A stretch of DNA of 64,000 nt from an uncultured Gemmatimonadales bacterium (GCA_963779755.1 CAVZZO010000001.1:1696001-1760000); one strand, 5' to 3'; positions 50,652 to 59,762 are shown, numbered from the stretch's first letter. Made by a program: numbers and translations. Notes: generated from the letters alone by a model not told the origin.

Positions 50652-51033
50652 CTCCCAGCACCACGGTGCACGTAGTATCGAACCCGCCGCGCACGTTATA
50701 CACCGTCCGCACTGTGAGGCTGACCGGCTCCAGCACCCGGAACAGGTCCTCCGCGATGCGGGCGGTCGCGTGTTCCTGGAAGATCCCCACGTTACGGAAG
50801 CTGATCACGTAATACTTGAGGCTCTTGAGCTCGATGCAGCGGTCCTTCGGCACGTACGCGATGGTGAGCCGGGCGAAATCGGGCAGGCCGCTGTAGGGAC
50901 AGACGGCGCTGAATTCGTTCGTCTCGGTGACGATCTCCTGGCGCGGTCCGTCGTAGGGGAAGGTCTCCAGCACCGAGACGTCGATCGTCTCGGGGTTGGT
51001 AAAGGGCAGGGTGCGTCCTTCAGCGGTCGGCAT
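50629..51033 (-). CDS. queF: NADPH-dependent preQ0 reductase (unimodular type)
   Basis: EFSAVCPYSGLPDFA, CIELKSLKYY..FRNVGIFQE, YNVRGG. Confidence 0.95.
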   Translation of the reverse strand: MPTAEGRTLPFTNPETIDVSVLETFPYDGPRQEIVTETNEFSAVCPYSGLPDFARLTIAYVPKDRCIELKSLKYYVISFRNVGIFQEHATARIAEDLFRVLEPVSLTVRTVYNVRGGFDTTCTVVLGEEQGSRG

Positions 51034-54000
51034 GGATCAAAGATAGTGCCGCCCGGGCGGAATCGAGCATCGGCCGGAACTGGGGATCGGCGTCTCCCCA
51101 GAGCGCCAGGAATCGGCGGTAGCAGATTGCCGCCTCCTCCCGCCGGCCTACCCGCTCCAGTGCCTGGCCCTCCCGCCAGGCTGCAGGGCCGGCATAGGCG
51201 AAATCCGCAATGGACGGCGGCCGCAAGCCCGCGTACCATCCCGCCGCCCGAGCATCCTGGCCCCGGTGCTCCGCCAGCTCCGCCTGGAGCCAGCGGTCCC
51301 ACGGCCGGGAATAGAACGCGGAGAAGCCGGCTTCGGTCGCTTCGATGCCGTCCCAGGATGAAAGAAGCAGGGTCGCGGCCTGGTCCCCATCGCCGGCACG
51401 CGCCACGCGCCACGCCGCCAGACTCTGCCCCAGCACCCGCCACATCTGCTTCGTTGAATCCGCGGGGTCCGGGGGGACCGCAGGCCACGGGTCGCTGGCT
51501 CGGCTTCCGGTTTCCATTGTGATCAGCCGCGCGAGGTACTGCCGGATCATACCCTCCCGCGCCCGGTCCAGATCGAACCAGAAGACGAAAGTCCGGCGCA
51601 CCGGCCTGGTCGGCTCCTGCAGCCATCGCAGCGCGGCACGCCTCCCCGCGGCCGTTACCGAGTCGGCAGGCAGGAATGGCGCCACCCAGAGTTGCGCCCC
51701 GACTGTCGCGGCCGACACCGGTTCCAGCCGTACGGCCTGGCCGAGTTCGGTTTGCATCTCGTCCCAGCGGCCTCGGGCGGCCGCAAGCTCCGCCAGGAGC
51801 TCATAACCGAACGCCCGGATCTCGCCGGTCTGCCGCGGCGAGATCAGCAGCCGGGCCAGCATGGCGGCGATCCCGGGCCGGCCGAAATCCACCGCGGCCG
51901 CCTGGGCGGCTTCGGTGATCTGCCAGGCGCTGGCGGTCTCGAATGCGGCGACACCGGCCGCAATGCGGGCTGAATCCCGCTGTGCCAGAGCCAGGATCAG
52001 CTGAGTGAATGGATCGGGATTCCGCGCCTGGAGATGAACCGTCCAGGTCTGGATATCCGCTGCCGCCTGATCCAGATCGCCGGCTCGCGCCGCCGTACTC
52101 CAGAGATGCACGTACGGCCGCCAATCCGCGGGATCGGCTCGCTGCGCGGCTTCCCAGTAGGGCCGGGCCTCGCCGGGGTCGCGGCCCCGGGCCCAGTTGT
52201 GGTGCCAGAGTACCTCGGCCATGCCGATGTTGGGTTCCGAGCCCAGACGGTCCACGGCGAGCGCCGCATCGAAGCGCCGCTCCGCCTGATCCGCGCGCCC
52301 GTCGGCGAAGAGGCTCCAGCCATCGACCAGCAGGGTCTCGGTCGGGTCCAGCCCGGCGGCGCGAACGCTGGCGGCGTTGGCCAGGATGCGCGCTCGGTCG
52401 CCCAGTCCGAACCAGGCGTTCACCCGCGCCAGCTCGTGCCACGCCAGAACGAAATTCGTGTCGAGCTGCAGCGCCCGGTAGTAGGCAGTAGCCGCTTCGT
52501 CCATGACGAAGTGGCGCGCCAGCTGTTCGCCCCGGAGATACTGCAGCAGCGCCGGCAGTGAGCCGGTGCGCGCGCTTTCGAGACGGAACCGGCGCCGCTG
52601 GAGGACCGGTTCCAACGGGAAGAGGGATCGCGCAATCCCCGCGGCCATGCTCGGGAGATCCTCGAGCGTGCCCGCCGCATCGGCGGTGTGCAGCTGCCGC
52701 CCGCGCGCCTGTGCCTCGCGCGTCCGGGCATGAACAGTGATGCGGCCGCCGGAGGTAGTCAGGGTCGCTTGCAGGAGGACGCCGCTTCCCGGCCGGCTGG
52801 GGAGCGTGGCCGTGTCACCAGGCACCAGGATGATGCCGTCGATTCCTGCGAGTGTCTCTTCCAGCAACAGCTGCAGGGCATTGCCCGCTCCCGCCGGACG
52901 GTCCCCGGCAACGGTCACGGGCGCGATGACAATCCGGCGGGGCGCCCCCGGAGGGGGGCGCCGGAACAGCAGCACTCCCAGTGCCACCGTTGCCGTCGCC
53001 AGCATGGCCACTCCGACCACCAGGCGGCGGCGCTCCCCGGCCGGTCTGCGGGCCTGCCGCCGATGAGCCTGCACAGTGGCGCGCAGCGTGGCATCTTTCC
53101 GGGCCAGAGGAGCAAGGACGCGCGCGGCCGCGCCGTGTAGCCGCCGGCGCGTAGCGGGCGGCGTGCCATCGTAGGCCACCTGGCCGATCGCCTCGCCCGC
53201 CAGGCGGTACAATCCCGGCTGGCCCGGTGATCCCCGCAGGTACCGCCTGGCGACCGCCTCCCCCAGGGCATCGGCGAAATTGTCCGCGTCGATCCCGCTG
53301 ACGCGCGCGAGGAGCGCGGCCGGAACCTCTCCTCCGAGGATGGCCGCCGCCTGGACCACACTTCGTGCCTCGGATGAGAGCGCATCGAAGCGTCGTCGCA
53401 ACCGGGTGCGCAGATCGGCGGCCAGCGGGAGCCGTCCGGATGGCAGCGCGGGCGCCGCCCGCCAGCGCCCGTCGGGGCCGAGCAGCAACAATCCCTCGTC
53501 CGCCAGCAGCGTAGCGGTGCTGATCACGAGGCCCGGGTTTCCGCCCGTTTCCCGCACCAGCCGCTCGGCCAGATCCCGTCGGTCTTCCGGGTCAAATTCG
53601 CCCATGCCGGCCAGCATCTGTTCCACGCCCACCCGGTCCAGCGGCTCCAGGGGTACCCGCCGCATCGGGATGCTGCCCGAGGGGGGAACCGGGAGGCCCG
53701 CGGGAAGGCTCAGGATGAGCAGCACACCGGGGACCGGGCGGCGCAGGAGGGATTCGATCAGTTGCCGGCTGGAGGCATCCGACAGGTGGAAGTCATCCAC
53801 CGCCGCCAAGACTGGCGACTCGGCAGCCACTTCGGCAAGCACGCGCCCGACGGCCTCCGGGAGCTCATCCGGGGGCGGCGCGGAGCCGGCCGGGTAGCGC
53901 TCCGCGAACTCGGGAAACCGACTGGCCAGCGTCTGGAGTGCGCCGGGCGGAGCGGCGGCGATCCCGGGAGCCGCCGCCAACGGCGCGAGAAGGTGACGGG

Positions 54001-54859
54001 CGAGAAGGAGATCGCGGTGCTGTTCCGCTTCATACCCGCGGCTCTGCAGCACGCAGGCCCTGGGTGCTCGTGCCGCCGCGAACCGGAGGAACTCTTCGAG
54101 CAGTCGGCTGCGCCCGGTGCCTTCCTCTCCGGCTACCAGAGCCAGGCCCGGCCCCCCACCCAGGACCGCATCCCACATCCCACCCAGGATCTGCATCGCC
54201 GGTTCCCGTCCGACCATATCGGGAGTCAGCAGGGCTCGGCTGTCGCCCGCAGTCCGGCGGTTGGATGGCGTCAGTCGTTCCAGGCGCGCTAGCGCCGCCG
54301 CGGCGTCGGGATCTTCCGGAAGAGCCTCCTGCCAGCGTTCCGCATGCGCGACGGCGGTGCGCCAGTCCCCGCGCTCCTCGGCGGCGGAAACCAGTGCCGC
54401 TCCCAGCCGGGCGCGGCGCCGCTGCAAGGCTGCCCGCTGGCCGTCAATCCAGGTCCGGAGCTCTTCCCCCACCCAGAGCTCCGCTCCCGCCGCGAACTCG
54501 CCGGTCCAACGATGCTCCGCTTCCTCGTATCGTCCGCCCTGCACGTCCTGCTCGAACCGGTTGGCGTCGAGCAGGACGACACCTCGGGGCAGTTGCACGG
54601 TGCTCTCGTCCGCCTCGATCACCTCGCCGACGGCTTCCCGCAGAGCAAGAATTGCCTGCCGCAGGCTCTGCCGGGCATGGCTCTCGTCCGCCTCCGGCCA
54701 GAAGAGGGCCGCCAGTTCGGACCGCGGAATCCGGACCTCCTCCCGGCGGGCCAGGTACACCAGCAGGAGCAGCGGCTTGCGGCGGCCGCTGAGCCGGGGA
54801 ACCTCGTCCCGGAGGAGCTCAAGCTCGCCTAGCGAGCGGAGCCAGAACGTTGCCGTCAA
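51020..54859 (-). CDS. Membrane-spanning SARP-type regulator: wHTH-BTAD-AAA ATPase-TM-TolB-like-TPR (start uncertain; TTG at 54859 chosen)
   Basis: LLLLVYLA..RSELAALFWPEADESHARQSLRQA; BTAD helices; VGRE..GEEGTGRS, AVDDFHLSD, TGGNP; TM LVVGVAMLATATVALGVLLF; TGSLPALLQYLRGE; TPR tail. Confidence 0.85.
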   Translation of the reverse strand: MTATFWLRSLGELELLRDEVPRLSGRRKPLLLLVYLARREEVRIPRSELAALFWPEADESHARQSLRQAILALREAVGEVIEADESTVQLPRGVVLLDANRFEQDVQGGRYEEAEHRWTGEFAAGAELWVGEELRTWIDGQRAALQRRRARLGAALVSAAEERGDWRTAVAHAERWQEALPEDPDAAAALARLERLTPSNRRTAGDSRALLTPDMVGREPAMQILGGMWDAVLGGGPGLALVAGEEGTGRSRLLEEFLRFAAARAPRACVLQSRGYEAEQHRDLLLARHLLAPLAAAPGIAAAPPGALQTLASRFPEFAERYPAGSAPPPDELPEAVGRVLAEVAAESPVLAAVDDFHLSDASSRQLIESLLRRPVPGVLLILSLPAGLPVPPSGSIPMRRVPLEPLDRVGVEQMLAGMGEFDPEDRRDLAERLVRETGGNPGLVISTATLLADEGLLLLGPDGRWRAAPALPSGRLPLAADLRTRLRRRFDALSSEARSVVQAAAILGGEVPAALLARVSGIDADNFADALGEAVARRYLRGSPGQPGLYRLAGEAIGQVAYDGTPPATRRRLHGAAARVLAPLARKDATLRATVQAHRRQARRPAGERRRLVVGVAMLATATVALGVLLFRRPPPGAPRRIVIAPVTVAGDRPAGAGNALQLLLEETLAGIDGIILVPGDTATLPSRPGSGVLLQATLTTSGGRITVHARTREAQARGRQLHTADAAGTLEDLPSMAAGIARSLFPLEPVLQRRRFRLESARTGSLPALLQYLRGEQLARHFVMDEAATAYYRALQLDTNFVLAWHELARVNAWFGLGDRARILANAASVRAAGLDPTETLLVDGWSLFADGRADQAERRFDAALAVDRLGSEPNIGMAEVLWHHNWARGRDPGEARPYWEAAQRADPADWRPYVHLWSTAARAGDLDQAAADIQTWTVHLQARNPDPFTQLILALAQRDSARIAAGVAAFETASAWQITEAAQAAAVDFGRPGIAAMLARLLISPRQTGEIRAFGYELLAELAAARGRWDEMQTELGQAVRLEPVSAATVGAQLWVAPFLPADSVTAAGRRAALRWLQEPTRPVRRTFVFWFDLDRAREGMIRQYLARLITMETGSRASDPWPAVPPDPADSTKQMWRVLGQSLAAWRVARAGDGDQAATLLLSSWDGIEATEAGFSAFYSRPWDRWLQAELAEHRGQDARAAGWYAGLRPPSIADFAYAGPAAWREGQALERVGRREEAAICYRRFLALWGDADPQFRPMLDSARAALSLIHADR

Positions 54860-54878
54860 TTGATTGTGAGATAAGAGA

Positions 54879-54922
54879 TTGACGCCGCGATTCACGGCCG
54901 TTTGGCGTCGCCCGGCTAATAT
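54879..54922 (+). promoter_or_regulatory. Candidate SARP-type direct-repeat operator and -10 box for the microprotein/lipoprotein unit
   Basis: TTGACGC (54879), TTCACGG (54891), TTGGCGT (54902), spaced 12 and 11 nt; TAATAT at 54917-54922. Confidence 0.4.
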
Positions 54923-54931
54923 GCCGCCCGC

Positions 54932-55135
54932 ATGAACACCCCGCAACCATCACCCGCCGATGCGGCCACCGAACCGGGTTCCATGCCGGGGTACTTCATG
55001 GTCCGCGCGCGGATGGCGCCGGGACTGGGTCCCTGGCGGGTCACCGGCGTAGTCGAACGCCTCGGTACCGGAGAGAAACGAGCCTTCGCATCCGGCCTGG
55101 AGCTGGCCCGGATGATCGAGGAATGGAGTCGCTGA
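54932..55135 (+). CDS. 67-aa protein of unknown function
   Basis: YFMVRAR...WRVTGVVERLGTGEKRAFASGLELARMIEEW reads as a compact beta/alpha fold; first gene of the divergent unit. Confidence 0.7.
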   Translation: MNTPQPSPADAATEPGSMPGYFMVRARMAPGLGPWRVTGVVERLGTGEKRAFASGLELARMIEEWSR

Positions 55136-55155
55136 CGATCAGAACGGAGCTACCG

Positions 55156-56958
55156 ATGACGTACATCCGCCCCCGACCGCTCGCGCTGGTGCTGCTGTTT
55201 GCCCTGGCCTGTGGCGGCGACAGCCCGACCGGCGGCACGGCCGGCGGCAACATCAGCCTGGAGACCTCGAAAGCGGTGAGCGACAGCATCGGCCCGGCGG
55301 GCGGGACGCTCACGGCGCGCGCCGCGAGCGGCGTGACCTACACTCTCACGATCCCGTCCGGCGCCCTCATGACGGCGGCGAAGATCACGCTGACGCCGAT
55401 CGCGGCGCAGCAGAACCTGCCGGTGAGCGGCGGGTTTGCCGCGGGCGTGGATCTCGCCCCGGTGGGGCTGCATTTCGCGCGGGCGGCGCAGCTGACGGTT
55501 TCACCGGCGCCCACACCGCCCGCCGGCATGGTGGCCGCCGCGGTCAGCTTCGAGGGCGACGGCGACTCGCTGGGCCTGACCACGCTGGCGGCAGGGCAGG
55601 GCAACCTCATCGCCCAAGTGACGCACTTCAGCGGCGTGTCGGTGGTCTTCGGCACCACGGCAGATCTGCAGATCCTGGCCGGTCAGGTAGGGACGGGGAT
55701 CGCCAGTCAGTCGTTCATCAACCAGCTGGTGGCGTTGGGCTTTCCTGGCGGGATACCCGGCAGCCAGCCCATTCCGGCCGCATTGCCGATTCTGCAACAG
55801 TGGTTCAGCAGTGTGATCCTTCCCGAGTTGCAGGGGGCGAGAACCGATGCCGAGCTGCTGCTGGCGGTAGGCGACTACGACGAATGGGCACAGAGCGCGG
55901 AGTTGTACCTGCTAGGGACCATTCCGATCGCTGGAGGTCTGACTCCGCCCAGGACTCCCGCGGCGCTGGGGACGGAGGCGGGGCAGGCGTCCAGCGCCGC
56001 CGCCGCCTCGCTGCGCCAGGCGATCGCGGGCAACAACAGCGTGTGCCTGACGCAGCACAATTTCCAGGCGCTCATGAACGTGCTGTACTGGCAGGGCTAC
56101 GCCACCTACTTCGGGGTGGCTACGCCGGCGGAACAGCTGGATGTGCCCAGTCTGCTCCCGGGCCTCTGTGCCCGGTTCGTGGCCGAGAGCGTCGGGCTGG
56201 TGGATCCGCTGCCGCTGGGGCAGACGGTCTCGTTCGATCAGGTGTGGGCAGTGGAGATCGGGAGCAGCCCGCCGCTCATTCCCGCCGATTTCCAGGTGGA
56301 TATCGGCGTGACCGGCCCGGTCACGGTGGCGACGCCCGGCGGCTTTACCGGCCCCGATCCTCAGGGTGGCGCCATCACGCAGGGCTTCTACACCACGGTA
56401 GTCAGCGGCCAGCAGCCGGGGAATGCCACCTTCGACGTGCAGGCCTGCCTGATTTCGCCCTTTGCCGGGCTGGGGACGCCCCAAGGCAGCGGCTTCTGTG
56501 GTGTCACGGGCGTGGTACGCCAAGTGGGAGGCAACGCGAATCTGGCTGGCACTTGGGTCGGGGGTGTGACATTTGGCTGCGGCAATACAGCGCTTGCCTC
56601 CCTACCCCTCACTGTCGAAGTGCAGGGAAATCCCCAGGCAATCTCCGGCACGTGGGTGCTCGGGTCGGGAAACTGCGCGCCTGGCGGCCTCCATGGGACG
56701 TTCACCGCGACCATGAGCGGGAATCAGGTGCTGACTTTCACCATGACAAGCACGGATGCCTGTGGCGGTCCCAGCTCATCCCAGGTGACTGCGACGGACG
56801 GGACTTTCGACCTGTTTGGCGGCGCGGACAACAAGTTCCTGACGATACGAAATAATGTCGGTTTCAACGACGGTAGCGGACCGCAGGGCTCGTTCTTCTG
56901 CGCGGGCCAGTGGGATATAGGGCCCACTGGCGTCGGGTTTCAGGGACCACAGCCGTGA
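55156..56958 (+). CDS. Lipoprotein with a ZU5-like N-terminal domain ending in an HFS motif, and an unknown C-terminal region
   Basis: GGAG SD; lipobox FALAC; IGPAGGTL..YTLTIPSGAL..ITLTPI..LAPVGLHFARAAQLTV..VTHFS. Confidence 0.75.
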   Translation: MTYIRPRPLALVLLFALACGGDSPTGGTAGGNISLETSKAVSDSIGPAGGTLTARAASGVTYTLTIPSGALMTAAKITLTPIAAQQNLPVSGGFAAGVDLAPVGLHFARAAQLTVSPAPTPPAGMVAAAVSFEGDGDSLGLTTLAAGQGNLIAQVTHFSGVSVVFGTTADLQILAGQVGTGIASQSFINQLVALGFPGGIPGSQPIPAALPILQQWFSSVILPELQGARTDAELLLAVGDYDEWAQSAELYLLGTIPIAGGLTPPRTPAALGTEAGQASSAAAASLRQAIAGNNSVCLTQHNFQALMNVLYWQGYATYFGVATPAEQLDVPSLLPGLCARFVAESVGLVDPLPLGQTVSFDQVWAVEIGSSPPLIPADFQVDIGVTGPVTVATPGGFTGPDPQGGAITQGFYTTVVSGQQPGNATFDVQACLISPFAGLGTPQGSGFCGVTGVVRQVGGNANLAGTWVGGVTFGCGNTALASLPLTVEVQGNPQAISGTWVLGSGNCAPGGLHGTFTATMSGNQVLTFTMTSTDACGGPSSSQVTATDGTFDLFGGADNKFLTIRNNVGFNDGSGPQGSFFCAGQWDIGPTGVGFQGPQP

Positions 56959-57074
56959 TCAGTGATTGTTGGCTCGCTCCCTGGGCGTCGTGCACGCTTC
57001 TGCTCTTGGCGGTGGCCTGTGGCAGTGGCGACAGCACCGGCCCGGTTGATGGAGAAGTGGCTGCCATACAGTAA
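56955..57074 (+). pseudogene. 39-codon remnant of a second lipoprotein gene
   Basis: GTGA overlap with the previous stop; MISDCWLAPWASCTLLLLAVACGSGDSTGPVDGEVAAIQ then stop. Confidence 0.55.
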
Positions 57075-57111
57075 GCCCGGTACTGCAGGCCCCATTCTCC
57101 GGAGCACTACC

Positions 57112-57562
57112 ATGAGTTTCCTGTTCCGTCTCGGTCGTGCCACCTGGTATCCCCCCCCCCGGCACGGCCGCTGCCGCCTGTGTCCTTACGCTGGCGCTGC
57201 CGGCCTGTGGCGGCGACAGCCCGACCGGCGGCACTGCCGGCGGTAAGATCAGCCTGGAAACGTCGAAAGCGGCAAGCGACAGCATCGGGCCGGCCGGCGG
57301 GTCGCTCACCGCACACGCCGCGAGCGGCGTGACCTACACGCTGACGATTCCGGCCGGCGCACTGATGACTACCGAGCGGATCACGCTCACCCCGATCGCG
57401 GCGCAGAAGCATCTCCCGGTGAGCGGCGGGTTCGCCGCCGGGGTGGAGCTGGCGCCGGCCGGGTTGCACTTCGCCCGCGCGGCGCAGCTCACGGTCGCTC
57501 CGGCGCCGGCGCCACCGGCCGGCATGACGCGGACCCATCCCCTAGAAAGGGATGCGGAATAA
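57112..57562 (+). pseudogene. Frameshifted, 3'-truncated paralog of the ZU5-like lipoprotein
   Basis: GGAG SD and ATG at 57112; C10 tract at 57151-57160 shifts the frame; 57202-57526 aligns colinearly with 55206-55530, then similarity ends. Confidence 0.75.
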
Positions 57563-57582
57563 CCGCCGTGGTACTGGACGAT

Positions 57583-57654
57583 AGGAATCAGGGACCGGGG
57601 CCATCGCGCTCAGGGGCGGAAGGCCCTGGTCCCCGGTCCCTGATCCCTGCTCCC
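57583..57654. repeat. Palindromic heptamer repeat (AGGGACC-like / GGTCCCY-like)
   Basis: aggaatc agggacc ggggcca ... tggtccc cggtccc tgatccc tgctccc. Confidence 0.65.
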
Positions 57655-59525
57655 TACAGATCCCCCACGATCCCCTTCTCCAGCCAGGCGTACCGCCCTT
57701 TCATGAGGTCCTGGGCGGCGCGATAGGTCGCGTCGTCCTCGTTGGTGCCGATGGCCTGGAAGCGCTCGTCCACCCGGGCCCGGCTGTGGCGGCAGAAGAG
57801 ATCCGCCAGCTCCACCGGCGAGCGGTCCTGCGGATTCTTTTTCACCAGCGCCTGCGCCCGGGCGCAGACGGCGCTGATGGCCAGCAGTTCCGCCCCGATC
57901 TCCACCATCCGGCCCAGCACCGCCTGCTTCTTCTCCAGCCGCGGGCCGAAGCGGATCATGCTGTGGAACAGGGTTCGCGCCAACTTGCGGGAGGCACGGT
58001 TGACGAACCGGAGGTGGGTCGCCAGCGGGCCGAACTCGCCGTAGCGCGGCCACCAGCCCCAGCCCAACCACTGCTTGGGGTACCACCAGGCATAGAATGC
58101 ACCCGCCCGGAACAGCGCCGCCACCTTCCTGCCGGCCGATGCCTTGGGATCGACCAGGTCGCCCGCCACCCGCAGATGGGTGTCCACCGCCTCGCGGGCG
58201 ATGAACAGCCGCATGATCTCGCTGGACCCCTCGAAGATCAGGTTGATCCGGAAGTCGCGCATGATGCGCTCGACCGGGTCGGGCTTGTCGCCCCGGCTGC
58301 GCAGGCTGTCGGCCGTCTCGTAGCCGCGGCCGCCCTTGATCTGCATGGTATCGTCCACGATGCGCCAGCCGAGTTCGGTGTTCCACATCTTGGCCATGGC
58401 GGCCTCGAGGCGGATATCGTAATTCCCCTTGTCGGCCATGAGGGAGGCGAGATCGCTCACCGCCTCCATGGCGAAGGTGTCGGCCGCCATGCGCCCGAGC
58501 TTCTGGGCCACGGCATCGTGCTTGCCCACCGCCGCTCCCCATTGCACCCGCTCGGCGGCCCATTCCCGGGAGATCTGCAGGCAGCGCTTCGCGCCCGCCA
58601 CCGCCGATGCCGGCAAGGTCAGCCGGCCGGTGTTGAGCGTGATCAGCGCGAGCTTCAGGCCCTTGCCCTCGCCCCAGATCACGTTCTCCTTCGGCACCTT
58701 CACATCCTTGAAGCTGATCACGCCGTTCTCGATGGCCTTGAGCCCCATGAAGTGCAGGCGCTCCACCACTTCGACGCCGGGCCAGTCGGTTTCCACGATG
58801 AACGCCGTGATGCTCTTCGGGCCGGTACGGGCCATCACCACCATCAGCTCCGCGATGGTCCCGTTGGTGCACCAGAGTTTTTCCCCGTTCAGGATGTAGT
58901 GCGATCCGTCGGCCGAAAGCACCGCGTTGGTGGCCAGGCCGGCCGGATCGGAGCCCACGTTCGACTCCGTCAGCGCGAAGGCCGAGACCGCTCCCGCCGC
59001 TAGCCGGGGTAGGAATTTCTTCTTCTGCTCGGCGGTGCCGAAGAGCTTGAGCGGGGTGGGGACGCCGATCGACTGCGCCGCCGAGAGCAGCGCCGTGAGG
59101 CTGCCGTCCTGGCTGGTGACCAGCCCGATGGCGTGGGTGTAGCTGGTCTGGCTCAGCCCCAGCCCGCCGTATTCTTCCGGAATCTTGATGCCGAACGCGC
59201 CCAGGTCCCGCAGGCCCTGGATGACCTCAGGGGGGATCTTGCCTTCGCGGTCGACCTTGTCGCTGTCCACCTGCTCGCGCATGAACCGCTCGAGTTTCTC
59301 CATGAAGGGGCGGGCGCGTTCCACCTCGGCGGGATCAATCTCGGGGAAGGGATGCACCAGCTCGAGCCGGAAACGGCCCTCGAACAGCTCACGAACGAAG
59401 CTTGGCGCCTTCCATTCTTTTTCGCGGGCGGCTTCGGCCACGTCCCGGGCCTCACGCTCGCTGGCCAGCGGCGCATCGGGCGGGCGAGACTCCTGCCTGG
59501 GCTTCCGCGCAACGACGTCAGTCAT
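57654..59525 (-). CDS. Long acyl-CoA dehydrogenase (ACAD9/FadE10-like)
   Basis: GAFGIKIPEEYGGLG, AFALTESNVGSD, LNGEKLWCTNG, LNTGRL, GGRGYE, RINLIFEGSSEI. Confidence 0.93.
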   Translation of the reverse strand: MTDVVARKPRQESRPPDAPLASEREARDVAEAAREKEWKAPSFVRELFEGRFRLELVHPFPEIDPAEVERARPFMEKLERFMREQVDSDKVDREGKIPPEVIQGLRDLGAFGIKIPEEYGGLGLSQTSYTHAIGLVTSQDGSLTALLSAAQSIGVPTPLKLFGTAEQKKKFLPRLAAGAVSAFALTESNVGSDPAGLATNAVLSADGSHYILNGEKLWCTNGTIAELMVVMARTGPKSITAFIVETDWPGVEVVERLHFMGLKAIENGVISFKDVKVPKENVIWGEGKGLKLALITLNTGRLTLPASAVAGAKRCLQISREWAAERVQWGAAVGKHDAVAQKLGRMAADTFAMEAVSDLASLMADKGNYDIRLEAAMAKMWNTELGWRIVDDTMQIKGGRGYETADSLRSRGDKPDPVERIMRDFRINLIFEGSSEIMRLFIAREAVDTHLRVAGDLVDPKASAGRKVAALFRAGAFYAWWYPKQWLGWGWWPRYGEFGPLATHLRFVNRASRKLARTLFHSMIRFGPRLEKKQAVLGRMVEIGAELLAISAVCARAQALVKKNPQDRSPVELADLFCRHSRARVDERFQAIGTNEDDATYRAAQDLMKGRYAWLEKGIVGDL

Positions 59526-59762
59526 ACTCATTCCCCTCGTGGGTTGGCCTGAATGCCGGTTTCCCCGTTCCGCACACTGCCCCTTGATTAAAGAAAGGGA
59601 GCCCCCCGGCAAGTGGAAAGGAGGAAGCTCCCGCCGGGTGAGGTACCGGGTCGCGGCCACCCGCCGAGCCCGGGTGTAAGCGCTGCATCAACAGGGAGTT
59701 ACGGACACCCTTGAGGCGGGACCTGCGATCTGGCCCGGCCGGTGGCTGCAGGGCTATTTTAC

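Noticed and set aside
51020..57600. Prophage, integrative element or transposon explanation for the accessory block
   Set aside because: No integrase, transposase, tRNA target or flanking direct repeats were found.
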